Shown here in pieces: positions 9,472 to 18,271 of a stretch of 64,000 bases of DNA. Made by a program: the position numbers and the translations under genes. The stretch is from a virus (Duplodnaviria; Caudoviricetes), in the IMG/VR virus record IMGVR_UViG_3300028809_000012, positions 942 to 64,941 of that record, one strand, 5' to 3'. The number at the start of each line of letters is the position of its first letter. The first letter of the stretch is position 1. The notes under the pieces are model-generated. The model searched no databases. It was not told the origin of the DNA and saw only the letters and a program-made list of their open reading frames with translations.

Positions 9472-9583
9472 GGCGAGCCGTTACAGACGAGTAATCCGTG
9501 CACATGAAGCGAGCCGCCGATACCAGAGTAACCCGTATGCTAAGAGCGAGCCGGTAGAGTGTAGAGTCACCCGTACGTCCTGA
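9472..9583 (+). ncRNA. TIGR-like array A (3 units)
   Basis: (a)gcgagccg-spacer-agt(a/c)a(t/c)ccg-spacer; GCGAGCCG at 9473, 9509, 9546; starts about 9 nt after the Tas-like stop. Confidence 0.8.
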
Positions 9584-9614
9584 ACGTAACCAACTGGACA
9601 TAAGGCAAAGACCG

Positions 9615-10286
9615 ATGAGCGAGATTGACGAGAGCGAGTATGTGACCGTGGCGAGCGATGAGCCTACGGTGACGACGCATTACGCGAATGGGCTCTGGTG
9701 GGCGACGCAGGGGTCGCTGGCCGCGTCTGCCGTGACCGTAGCGCAGGCGGTGCGCCGGGTGCGCTACGCCAACGGTTTCATCGGTAAGACGGCGGACGAT
9801 CTTTCCAGTGGCGGTGGAGGCGTCCCCACCACCTCCCAGCAGGGAGACGCGCGGGAGCAAGAAGAAGGGGGGTACGAGCCGGTGCTGGGCGACTCCGACA
9901 TCCCGTGCGCGCCGTGCCCGTTCTGCGGCAGCGGAGACACGGACGCGGGAGCGGCCCTTTCCGAGACGGCGGGCGGGCGTCGTCGGGTGCAGGCAGGATG
10001 CATGGACTGCGGCGCTGTCGGTCCCGAGGCGATCAGCCCGCAGTCCGCGGCCCAGAAGTGGGCTGCACTCCGCTCCTCCCCGGCGCAGGATCATGCCGAG
10101 GCGTATGCGGCGCTCGCGGCGATCCGCCAACGTCACAATGGCTACAACGCGGAGATGCGTGCGGCCATGCCCGACCTGAAGGAGCCCGCGTCTCCGGCGG
10201 AGGCGTTGGACGATTTGCTGGCGGAAGAGCGGGCGTTGGCGCTGGCGGAGGCGGATGCTATCGCGCGGGACAGGGAGGAGCGGTGA
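9615..10286 (+). CDS. Lar-like (restriction alleviation) Zn-finger-containing protein
   Basis: PCPFCGS...CMDCGAVGP...AAQKW. Confidence 0.55.
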   Translation: MSEIDESEYVTVASDEPTVTTHYANGLWWATQGSLAASAVTVAQAVRRVRYANGFIGKTADDLSSGGGGVPTTSQQGDAREQEEGGYEPVLGDSDIPCAPCPFCGSGDTDAGAALSETAGGRRRVQAGCMDCGAVGPEAISPQSAAQKWAALRSSPAQDHAEAYAALAAIRQRHNGYNAEMRAAMPDLKEPASPAEALDDLLAEERALALAEADAIARDREER

Positions 10287-11113
10287 GGCCATCCGCGCTT
10301 ACGGACCCACGGGGGCCGCTCTTCCCCGCGCGGGTGGGTCACGGGCTGGAGCCCGGTTCGGAGGAGTGGGTGGCGTGGATCGAGGAGTGCGACGAGCGTA
10401 CCGGATACAAGGTCTGCGGCCGTAGCAACCGTTTCGATGAGCCCTGCATGGTCCGCAGCCCCATCCAGACGAGCAGGCTGGATGGTGACCCGAGGTATGG
10501 CCGCCCGGCCTGCCGTAATCATGGCGGACACAGCTTGGCCGGGATCGCTAGCCCTGCGTATCGCAACGGGACCGCGTCACGGTACACGCTGCGCGGGCGG
10601 CTCGCGGGCTATCACGACCGGCTGGACGACATGGATTACCTGTCGCTCCATCCCGAGCTGAAGATTACGGAGGAGTTGATTTCCGCCGCCGTGGAGGTGC
10701 TGGACGACCCCACCCCCTGCCCGGAGCAGTTGGATCTGCCCATGCTGAACCCGGAGGTGCACGGGGAGGAGGCGGCCAAGGCGAGGGAAGCCGAGCACCG
10801 CCAGCGGGCCAAGGAAATTGCGGAGTGGCACAAGGAGAGGGCGGCGGCCACGGAGCGATACGACGCACTGGTGGAGCTGAAGGCGAAGCTGGCCCGTACG
10901 GAGATCGCGCGCGTGAAGGCGGCGCAGGACACGCTTTCCGGCGGCGCCGTCCGCCTGTTTTCGCAAACGCTGCTGGAGATCAACCGGCGGCGCCTACTCG
11001 CCTTCGGTGCGCGACACGGGGTGCCGGCGGAGGAGGTGTTGGATGAGCTGGCGAATTTGCAGGAGGAGATTGTCAACGCGGTGCTCAATTCCAAGGGGAC
11101 CGGCGTAAGTTAA
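10283..11113 (+). CDS. Putative terminase small subunit (HGGxSTG-type)
   Basis: VCG...C...ACRNHGGHS....PAYRNG.ASRY followed by helical region; GTG after GGAGG. Confidence 0.6.
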   Translation: MRPSALTDPRGPLFPARVGHGLEPGSEEWVAWIEECDERTGYKVCGRSNRFDEPCMVRSPIQTSRLDGDPRYGRPACRNHGGHSLAGIASPAYRNGTASRYTLRGRLAGYHDRLDDMDYLSLHPELKITEELISAAVEVLDDPTPCPEQLDLPMLNPEVHGEEAAKAREAEHRQRAKEIAEWHKERAAATERYDALVELKAKLARTEIARVKAAQDTLSGGAVRLFSQTLLEINRRRLLAFGARHGVPAEEVLDELANLQEEIVNAVLNSKGTGVS

Positions 11114-11144
11114 ATGTCCATGCATAAGGAGGAGGGTTGAGCGA

Positions 11145-12140
11145 ATGAGCACCCACACGCACGCCGAGGAGAGCGATGCCACCCCTCTGGCAGACCACAA
11201 CGACCTGCCCCCGCTGCAGGGAGACGGAGAGCCGGCCACCGGCACGCTCCGGGGGTTCGCAGCAGCGGTCTACAACTATCTCGCGGGGAGGAAGCCGTCC
11301 GAATGGGGGAGCGAGTATCAGGCGCTCCTCTATGCTGCGTTCGACCTGTCGCGCGCGCCCGCCGCCCCCTCCCGGCAGGGAGACGCGCGGGAGCGGGGAT
11401 ATTGCGACGCGTTCAGCATGGGCCTCTGCGACGGGGACGAAATCGACGGCGAGGGACCGTGCGCGTGCAAGGACGGCATCGGCGAGACGCTGGCGGACAA
11501 GATCGACCGCAGCCTGGAAGCCGCGCTCGACAACGCCGGCATCTACGACTGGGATATCCGGCGCGCGGTGCTGGACTGCCGCGACGAGTTGCTGGACGAC
11601 CTGCGCGATCACCTCGCCGCCCTCCGCTCCGCTCCCGACTACCCGCCCGCCGGCTGGACCCCGACGCCGGAAGCGATCAACGCGCTCCCCGACCCCATCC
11701 GCTCCTACATTCACGACCTGGAGACGAGGGCGGACCCGGCAGGTGAGGTACGGGAGCTGGTGATCTGCCGGGACTCGCTGGCGGCGATGGAGCGGCGCGC
11801 GATCGCGGCCGAAGAGGACGCGTTCGGGCGGTGGATCAGCGTGGACGAGCGGATGCCCAAACCGGGATGCCCCGTGTTCGTCGTCAGCGCCCACCCACTC
11901 ATCGCACCCGCGTTCAACCGTCGCGGGGTGGCACGGGCGACGTATTACGGTCCGAACTCGCTTGAGTTGGCCGACGACACCGATCCGTACGAGGGGTGCA
12001 CGCAGGGAAGCGACGAGGACGAATGGTTCGCCCCCGCCGGGTGGTACGAGACGAACCTTGGCGATGAGGGCTACCACAGCCTCTCCGGCGTCACGCACTG
12101 GATGCTTCTACCCCCGCTGCCTCTTTTCGATAATCCTTGA
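11145..12140 (+). CDS. DUF551-like domain protein
   Basis: WISVDERMPK...VTHWMLLPPLP. Confidence 0.65.
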   Translation: MSTHTHAEESDATPLADHNDLPPLQGDGEPATGTLRGFAAAVYNYLAGRKPSEWGSEYQALLYAAFDLSRAPAAPSRQGDARERGYCDAFSMGLCDGDEIDGEGPCACKDGIGETLADKIDRSLEAALDNAGIYDWDIRRAVLDCRDELLDDLRDHLAALRSAPDYPPAGWTPTPEAINALPDPIRSYIHDLETRADPAGEVRELVICRDSLAAMERRAIAAEEDAFGRWISVDERMPKPGCPVFVVSAHPLIAPAFNRRGVARATYYGPNSLELADDTDPYEGCTQGSDEDEWFAPAGWYETNLGDEGYHSLSGVTHWMLLPPLPLFDNP

Positions 12141-12166
12141 CCGAATAAGTGCGCGGAAGTTATCTT
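12137..12166 (+). promoter_or_regulatory. Promoter TTGACC-N18-TATCTT
   Basis: Upstream of the TPR-like gene. Confidence 0.45.
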
Positions 12167-12232
12167 GTATCGAAAGTCAGGCAGTCATCACCCGTCAATG
12201 GGAAGGGTCCGGTCCCGATGCGAGGAAGCGAC

Positions 12233-13087
12233 ATGATCCAGGAGGTTCCGGAGCAGTTCGAGGAGGCGCGGCGGACGCTGAAGCACGCGCGGATGGCGCG
12301 CTCCATCGCGGACGTGGGCCTGTGCCGGAAGATGGCGCAGAAGGCGTACGATCTGGCAAGCGCGGTGGGGGACGGGGAAACCATGTACCAGAGTCGCGCG
12401 TGCGTGGGTCGCATGCACCGCTACCGCGCCGAGCACGAGGAGGCGTACATGGCGTACCGGAGCGCGCTGCGGGAGGCGGAGAGCAACCGGCTGGCGGAAT
12501 GGCTGGGGCCGGCGCACCACGACTGCTTCGTGGAGGCTATGCAGCTCAACGACAAGGGAACCGCTTCGCCACATGCGGTGGTGCGGATGGACATGTGGCG
12601 GGACTCTCCCGCGGGCCTGTTCGCCTTCGTGCAGGATTTGTCGTACCTGCGCCTGCTGCGGCGGGAGACGGACGCGCGGTTCCTCTACCAGACCGCGGCG
12701 CAGGCGGCTTTCTACGCGCAGAACCCGTTCGAGCGGATGGTGTTGTTTGCCTCGCAGGCGTTCGCGGCCGGTACGCTTCAGCACGAGCGCTGGTTCGATT
12801 CTTCGCGGAGCCGCTTCGATCACGCGGTGAACGAGTTGGCGGGGGCGGAGGAAGGGGTGGCGTTGCAGATGTTGGACGTGTCGCGTGGGGCGGAGTTGAT
12901 GGGACGTCGGGGCGAGGCGATGGACTACGCGGCCAGCGCCCGGCACATCGCGTCACGGCGCCGTGAGCCCATCGTGCAGGCCCGCGCCGACGAAATCATG
13001 GTGCGGCTGGGTGTGGTGCAGGTCCACGGGCTGACGCTGGATAATCAACTACAGGAACAGGTGACAGATGATCTGCCACATCTATGA
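12233..13087 (+). CDS. TPR-like all-helical protein (putative peptide receptor/regulator)
   Basis: Repeating amphipathic Ala/aromatic helices (EEAYMAYRSALREA, GEAMDYAASARHIA); GAGGA RBS. Confidence 0.55.
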   Translation: MIQEVPEQFEEARRTLKHARMARSIADVGLCRKMAQKAYDLASAVGDGETMYQSRACVGRMHRYRAEHEEAYMAYRSALREAESNRLAEWLGPAHHDCFVEAMQLNDKGTASPHAVVRMDMWRDSPAGLFAFVQDLSYLRLLRRETDARFLYQTAAQAAFYAQNPFERMVLFASQAFAAGTLQHERWFDSSRSRFDHAVNELAGAEEGVALQMLDVSRGAELMGRRGEAMDYAASARHIASRRREPIVQARADEIMVRLGVVQVHGLTLDNQLQEQVTDDLPHL

Positions 13088-13253
13088 TCGCGATACCGGG
13101 AAGTGGGTGCGCGACGCTGAGGGTGACCCGGAGTGTGGCAAGGATTTCTGCGATGAGTGTGGGGACTGCTTGGAGTGCTACCACGGGGATACATGCGAGG
13201 GCGGCTGCGCGTGGGTGCGTTACGCGGACAATCCACCAGAACAAGAGGAGTAG
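13068..13253 (+). CDS. Small Cys-rich protein
   Basis: CGKDFCDECGDCLECYHGDTC. Confidence 0.5.
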   Translation: MICHIYDRDTGKWVRDAEGDPECGKDFCDECGDCLECYHGDTCEGGCAWVRYADNPPEQEE

Positions 13254-13258
13254 GAGAA

Positions 13259-13465
13259 ATGGGAGAAGCGAGGTTGCGCGTGGTGGTGGGCGAATATGCT
13301 GTGGAGCAGCGCGTGGATGGATCGGTGCGGGCGGAGCGTCACGGCGTGCCGTGGAGGGACTGTATCGGTGACAACTTGGTCTTAGCGCTCGCGCAAGAGG
13401 TGGCTGACCTTCGCGAGCGGATGGCGCAGGTGCGCGCCGCTCTTGCTAATTACGAAGTCGAGTAA
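13259..13465 (+). CDS. Hypothetical protein
   Basis: AGGAG RBS; MGEARLRVVVGEY... Confidence 0.55.
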   Translation: MGEARLRVVVGEYAVEQRVDGSVRAERHGVPWRDCIGDNLVLALAQEVADLRERMAQVRAALANYEVE

Positions 13466-13504
13466 ATCCAGAGGGGCGGCGCCTTGCCGCCCCTCTGGAT
13501 TTAC
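13462..13504. terminator. Bidirectional terminator hairpin
   Basis: 19-bp perfect stem gtaaatccagaggggcggc with 5-nt loop between convergent genes. Confidence 0.75.
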
Positions 13505-13521
13505 CGGACCCCGATCTAGGC

Positions 13522-13752
13522 TCAGTGCCCTCCGCTGCCCCCGAGCACGCCGGTGGAGTCGCCCATGCTGGAGGGCTGCGGGATGGTGTCCGTGCGGCCA
13601 CCACCGCCGCCGAGCACGCCACTGTTGTCGGCGCCAGCCGCGCAGGTGGCAGACGAGCATTCGCTGCCCTGCGTGGGGGTGTCGTTGCAGGCGGCCAGCG
13701 CCATGACGGCGAGGCAGGCCGCGATCCCGAAGCTGATGCGCGTGTACTTCAT
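13522..13752 (-). CDS. Secreted/lipoprotein-signal peptide with two GVLGG repeats
   Basis: Signal peptide with LAAC lipobox; DNSGVLGGGGG and DSTGVLGGSGGH; AAGGA RBS. Confidence 0.7.
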   Translation of the reverse strand: MKYTRISFGIAACLAVMALAACNDTPTQGSECSSATCAAGADNSGVLGGGGGRTDTIPQPSSMGDSTGVLGGSGGH

Positions 13753-13906
13753 TCTGTTGTTCCTTTTGTGGCGAGAGATGCAAGTCCGTGGCTAAAACAA
13801 GAGACGGCCCACAAGATAGGAAGGTGGTCGATGATGGGCAAGAGAGTGATGGTCGTAAGGGTTCCGGCGGTGCGCTACGTGAGACGTGGATACGGCTTCA
13901 TCCCTG

Positions 13907-13934
13907 TTGACTTCTTGCGTCCGCGCACTACATT
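13907..13934 (+). promoter_or_regulatory. Promoter TTGACT-N16-TACATT
   Basis: Upstream of XRE gene, divergent from the peptide gene. Confidence 0.5.
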
Positions 13935-13981
13935 TAGTTTGGATGACATTCTGTATCATCAGCGAGGGAGCGAAGACAGAA

Positions 13982-14212
13982 ATGGCAAGCGAGATGTCCA
14001 CCCCCGGCAACCGCATCAAGGCGGCGCGGGCGCTACGGGGGATGAAGCAGGATGAGCTGGCGGAGGCGGCCGACATGTCGGTGACGCACCTCTGCTCCAT
14101 CGAGAAGGGGAAGCGTCCCATCGAGAGCGTCAAGGTGGGGACGCTGAAGCGCATCTGTGGAGCGATGGGGCTGGGTTTGGACTACGTGGTGAGCGGGAAG
14201 CCGGTGCCGTGA
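13982..14212 (+). CDS. XRE-family HTH transcription regulator
   Basis: RIKAARALRGMKQDELAEAADMSVTHLCSIEKG. Confidence 0.85.
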   Translation: MASEMSTPGNRIKAARALRGMKQDELAEAADMSVTHLCSIEKGKRPIESVKVGTLKRICGAMGLGLDYVVSGKPVP

Positions 14213-14880
14213 CGGCCAAGGCGGACGACCACGCTGAGGAGCGCGAGCGAGTAGGCGATTGGGGGTGCACCAGTAGCGGGCGCAGGTACTATCCTGCCGA
14301 TCCCCGCCCCGGCGACTTCGACATCGAAGACATCGCGCACGCGCTCTCTCTGCAATGCAGGTTCGGGGGCCATGTTCGTCGTCACTACTCCGTGGCGGAG
14401 CATTGTGTCCACGTGTCGTACGAGTGCTGCGGAAAGTACACACTGGACGGCCTGCTGCACGACGCCAGCGAGGCGTATCTGGTGGACATGCCGCGGCCGG
14501 CCAAGGGTGCGCCGGGGATGGAGGGATACGGGCGCATGGAAGCACGGCTGATGGCGGCGCTGATTCCGCAACTGCGAAACTTCCCGCGGCGCCGGCCGGT
14601 CAACGTGTGGGAGACGCCCGCCTGCGTGGCCGTGGCCGACGAACGAATGCTGGCGACGGAGGCGCGCGACCTTATGCCGCAGGATGGCCCCGGAGGCGTC
14701 AAGGGATGGAGTCTGAACCACGAGCCTTACCCGCACCTGTCCGTGCGCCGTCCGTGGGGCCACGCGAAGGCCAAGCGCCGCTTCTTGCGCCGATATCGCG
14801 AGCTTACGTGGCAGACCACGCGGTGGGATCGCTTCGTTATCGCCGTGCGACGTCTGCTGGGAAAGGACGGATGCAGATGA
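14209..14880 (+). CDS. HD-domain phosphohydrolase (YfbR-like deoxynucleotidase)
   Basis: IEDIAHALSLQCRFGGH..YSVAEH...LLHDASEAYLVDMPRP...AD..MLATE. Confidence 0.85.
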   Translation: MTAKADDHAEERERVGDWGCTSSGRRYYPADPRPGDFDIEDIAHALSLQCRFGGHVRRHYSVAEHCVHVSYECCGKYTLDGLLHDASEAYLVDMPRPAKGAPGMEGYGRMEARLMAALIPQLRNFPRRRPVNVWETPACVAVADERMLATEARDLMPQDGPGGVKGWSLNHEPYPHLSVRRPWGHAKAKRRFLRRYRELTWQTTRWDRFVIAVRRLLGKDGCR

Positions 14881-15266
14881 CGAGGGATGAGGTGCTACAG
14901 GAGATCCAGCGGCGGATCTCGGAGCACAAGGGGTACAGGTTGGAGCCTTCCCACCGAAGGCTCCTTGGTAGCTTGGACCCCTCATCAGCGCCGTACGCCT
15001 TCGTCCCCCGCTGGCCGCAGGATTGGTGCGACGTGCGCGCGCTGGTGGAGGAGATGAAAGAGGCGGGCGCAGAGGTGCAGATCGGGGCGACCACGCAGGG
15101 CGCTTGCGCATGGCTCTGGCTACCCGGCCACCGCATGGTCATAGGGCACGCGTACGACCATGCTGGCTTCGGTCGCGATGAGGCCGAAGCCATCGCCCGC
15201 TGCTACTGCGCCTGGAAGGGGATCGACCTGTCCGACTTCATGGAGCTGAGCGATGGACGCGCCTAA
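14877..15266 (+). CDS. Hypothetical phage protein
   Basis: ATG overlaps upstream stop; PRWPQDW..ALVEEM...EAIARC. Confidence 0.5.
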   Translation: MTRDEVLQEIQRRISEHKGYRLEPSHRRLLGSLDPSSAPYAFVPRWPQDWCDVRALVEEMKEAGAEVQIGATTQGACAWLWLPGHRMVIGHAYDHAGFGRDEAEAIARCYCAWKGIDLSDFMELSDGRA

Positions 15267-15372
15267 GCTGCCTGGACCGGGGGTGATCTACACCGTGCTT
15301 GCGTTCGCCCTCGTAGGTGGGGCGGCGATCGTAGGCGAGCGGCTTGCGGAGCGGATTGAACAAGACCCTTGA
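15253..15372 (+). CDS. 39-aa membrane peptide sharing its C-terminus (ERLAERIEQDP) with TerL
   Basis: Read manually; GGAG RBS; TM segment; 3' end lies in the 108-bp repeat. Confidence 0.45.
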   Translation: MDAPKLPGPGVIYTVLAFALVGGAAIVGERLAERIEQDP

Positions 15373-15444
15373 CTTCGCATCCAGCATAAGCTAGCTTAGG
15401 TGCAGTGAAGTCAACCAACCCACCAGCCACAGGGCAGACGGAGA
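15337..15444 (+). repeat. 108-bp direct repeat copy 1 (promoter cassette TTGACT..TAGCTT plus RBS)
   Basis: Identical by inspection to 17916-18023. Confidence 0.9.
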
Positions 15445-15445
15445 G

Positions 15446-15682
15446 ATGATGGCGATCCTTTACGCGGTGATGCTCACGACCCCCAACGTCCCCGACGCGC
15501 ACTACGTCGCGAAGCCGGTTCTGGGAGACAAGAGTCAGTACGTGCAGGACGCGCGGACGTGGAAGACTGAGAGCGGCGCGCTCGGCTACGTGGCAGCGCA
15601 TCCCGAGATCCTCCACCGGGGAGCGGTCGCGACGATCGTCAGGGTGGAACGCAAGGGTCGGATTCAGACTCGCATCCCGTAG
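15446..15682 (+). CDS. Hypothetical protein
   Basis: First ORF after promoter cassette and GGAG RBS. Confidence 0.55.
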   Translation: MMAILYAVMLTTPNVPDAHYVAKPVLGDKSQYVQDARTWKTESGALGYVAAHPEILHRGAVATIVRVERKGRIQTRIP

Positions 15683-15759
15683 CGCGATCGGCGGGCCGCC
15701 CCCGATTCAGCGAGCGGCCCGCCCCCCCCTTTCCTCCACCCTTGCTGGCAGGCGACGAG

Positions 15760-16278
15760 ATGAGCGAGACGACGACGGAGGAGCGGGTGCAGGCGGACGA
15801 GGTCATGGGCGACGCCCGGGAGACGGTGGCCCGGGCGGCGGATCAATGGGCGCGGATGGAGGACGCCTGGGCGACGAGCGTGGCGGCGGGCGAGAACTGT
15901 CGGCCGGCGGATGTCGTCGCGGCGCGGTCCCGCGCGGCCGAGCTTCGGGCGGTCGCAGCCGCCATCCGGGCGCTGCCCGACCTGAATGCGCTGGTGGCGG
16001 ATCTGGCGGCGCTGCCCACGACGCGGGAGCCGGGCGTAGGCCGGTGGGCCGAGCTGGACGCCCTGATCCTCCGCGCCCGCACCCTGATGGGAGATCGTCG
16101 TCTTGCTGGGGCTCTGCATCCCGGCGCTGCTGCTCACCGTGGCGCTGCACGTCGTGGAGCGGGCAGCGGAGCGACGAAAGTGGCGCAGGTACGGGATCGT
16201 GCCGCCGCACGAACGCAACCGCCTCCGGTAGAACAATCCCTCTCCCCCCCCCCATTCAATCCAAGCAGTAATCCGTGA
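15760..16278 (+). CDS. Hypothetical protein of the MSETTTEER...LAALPT...LDALILRARTL family
   Basis: Shares N- and C-terminal modules with 18272, 21984 and 22259 genes. Confidence 0.55.
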   Translation: MSETTTEERVQADEVMGDARETVARAADQWARMEDAWATSVAAGENCRPADVVAARSRAAELRAVAAAIRALPDLNALVADLAALPTTREPGVGRWAELDALILRARTLMGDRRLAGALHPGAAAHRGAARRGAGSGATKVAQVRDRAAARTQPPPVEQSLSPPPFNPSSNP

Positions 16279-17951
16279 GCGCGATTGACGATCTGGTATC
16301 TCCGTGGGCTCCTCGGCGGGACTTGCTGCGTCCCGCCGAGTTTCCGTTTGTCCCCCACGAGGGACAGGAAGAATACTGCATTGCGGACTACTCCGTTGTC
16401 CTGAATATCGCCTCAAATCGGTACGGGAAGACGACAATCGCACATATTGACAACATCTGGCGAGCCCACGGGGTGCACCCGTACAAGCGGGTGCCGCTCA
16501 TCGAGACGCTGTGGTCTGGCTTCCCCGATTTCCCCTTCTATGAGAAGGTGACGCGGAAGATCTTCCTCTCTCTCGTTCCCCCTCGCCTGCTGGTGCACTG
16601 GAGCGAGCAGCACAAGTGCGCCACGATCCGGCGGGTGGACGGCGGCGTCTGCCGGATCTGGTTCGTGTCGTACGAGCAGGCCGCAACGAGTTGGACGGGT
16701 GACGCGGTGGGGCACATCCACCTGGACGAGCCGGTGCCGGAGGAGCACTTCAACGAGGCCGCCGCCCGCGTGGCGACCACGGGCGGGCAGATTTACATCA
16801 CCGTCACGCCGGTCAACGGGCTGGGCTGGATGGAGGAGGGGTTGTACCTGCCCGCCGGCAACAAGGGGGGCGACAACCCGGACGTGTACGTGATCGAAGG
16901 CGGGCTGGCGGAGTACGACGAAGCACTGGAGAAGCGGGATCGGGCCAGCATGGGGGTGGGTCGCATTAAAGTGCCCCACATGGACCGCGAGAAGGTACTC
17001 CGCTTCGCCCGCCGCTACAAAGACCCGGCGGAGCGGATGGTACGCGTCTTCGGCATCTACAAGCGCCGCACCGGGGGCGTGTATGCGGACTTCGACCCGG
17101 CGGTGCACGTCATCCCTGCCTTCAAGGTGCCGCAGTACTACGAGGTGTGGGGTGGTTGCGATTCGGCGTACTACTTCGCCCTTGTCATCAAGGCGATGGA
17201 CGAGACGGGGCGCGTGTACACCGTGTACGAGTATTTCAGCGGCAGCGGGGAGACAGCGGAGCAGCGGGTGTCCGCGGTGTGGCGCGATCTCACCAGGGGC
17301 CGTACGGTGGAGAGCACCGACGAGGAGGGCAAGACCCGGAGCCGGTTCTATCCCCCCGTGCTACCGTGGCTCAACGAGGACCGGGACGCCACGCTCACCA
17401 TTTACATCGACACCGCCGCGCTCCAAGATAGCATTGAGCTGAACGCCGCTGCGGCGGAGATCGGCGCCCGGCTCATCTTCGCGCAGCTCGACCAGAAGCT
17501 AAAGGCGGTGGACGCGGGCATTCGCATGCTGCAAAACCTGTTGGCCCCCAGCACACGCAGAGAGCCGCCGCCGCAGGTGCACCGGGACGATCCTAGCCCC
17601 GTGGGCGAGCCGCGCTGGTACATCTTTGACAACCTGTACAGCGAATGGGTGCACCTGCGGCCGGGGGCGGACGCCAGTGACGAGGGCGAATTCATGGCTG
17701 GATCGCGCCTGCTATGGGAGATGAAGAATCTGCGCTGGAAGAAGCCCAAGCCCTATGAGGCGCACACGCCGGGTCCGGACAAGAACACGGCTGGAGGTAT
17801 GCACATGCTGGACGGTGAACGCTACGCGACCCTTGCGCGTGTGGCACCCCCGGAGCTGGTGACGCAGGAGAGGCGTGGCGAGACGGCGCGGGAGCGCCGG
17901 GTCCGTGAACACCGGGAGCGGCTTGCGGAGCGGATTGAACAAGACCCTTGA
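16275..17951 (+). CDS. terL: Terminase large subunit
   Basis: Walker A ASNRYGKT, Walker B IHLDE, motif III TVTP, nuclease GCDSAY...HMLDGERYA. Confidence 0.88.
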   Translation: MSAIDDLVSPWAPRRDLLRPAEFPFVPHEGQEEYCIADYSVVLNIASNRYGKTTIAHIDNIWRAHGVHPYKRVPLIETLWSGFPDFPFYEKVTRKIFLSLVPPRLLVHWSEQHKCATIRRVDGGVCRIWFVSYEQAATSWTGDAVGHIHLDEPVPEEHFNEAAARVATTGGQIYITVTPVNGLGWMEEGLYLPAGNKGGDNPDVYVIEGGLAEYDEALEKRDRASMGVGRIKVPHMDREKVLRFARRYKDPAERMVRVFGIYKRRTGGVYADFDPAVHVIPAFKVPQYYEVWGGCDSAYYFALVIKAMDETGRVYTVYEYFSGSGETAEQRVSAVWRDLTRGRTVESTDEEGKTRSRFYPPVLPWLNEDRDATLTIYIDTAALQDSIELNAAAAEIGARLIFAQLDQKLKAVDAGIRMLQNLLAPSTRREPPPQVHRDDPSPVGEPRWYIFDNLYSEWVHLRPGADASDEGEFMAGSRLLWEMKNLRWKKPKPYEAHTPGPDKNTAGGMHMLDGERYATLARVAPPELVTQERRGETARERRVREHRERLAERIEQDP

Positions 17952-18023
17952 CTTCGCATCCAGCATAAGCTAGCTTAGGTGCAGTGAAGTCAACCAACCC
18001 ACCAGCCACAGGGCAGACGGAGA
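17916..18023 (+). repeat. 108-bp direct repeat copy 2
   Basis: Identical to 15337-15444; includes last 11 codons of terL. Confidence 0.9.
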
Positions 18024-18250
18024 TGAGCAAACAGGCGATAGGCGGCTTGATGGTCGTGGAGGCCACGGCCGGATACGCGAACTCCACGCTGAACGGCTCC
18101 GAATGCGTGGTGGTCCACGATTCCGGCGAACTCGTCTGGACCCCGGAAGGCTGGCGAGGATCGAACGGGGTGACGGTCCTGCTTCTCTCGGGGTCGCGAG
18201 CCGGACGCGAGTGGGATCTACTCCGCGAGCACCTTCGCCCCCTCGCCTGA
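18023..18250 (+). CDS. Hypothetical protein
   Basis: ORF after promoter cassette. Confidence 0.5.
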   Translation: MSKQAIGGLMVVEATAGYANSTLNGSECVVVHDSGELVWTPEGWRGSNGVTVLLLSGSRAGREWDLLREHLRPLA

Positions 18251-18271
18251 CCCCCACCTTCAGGCATGACG

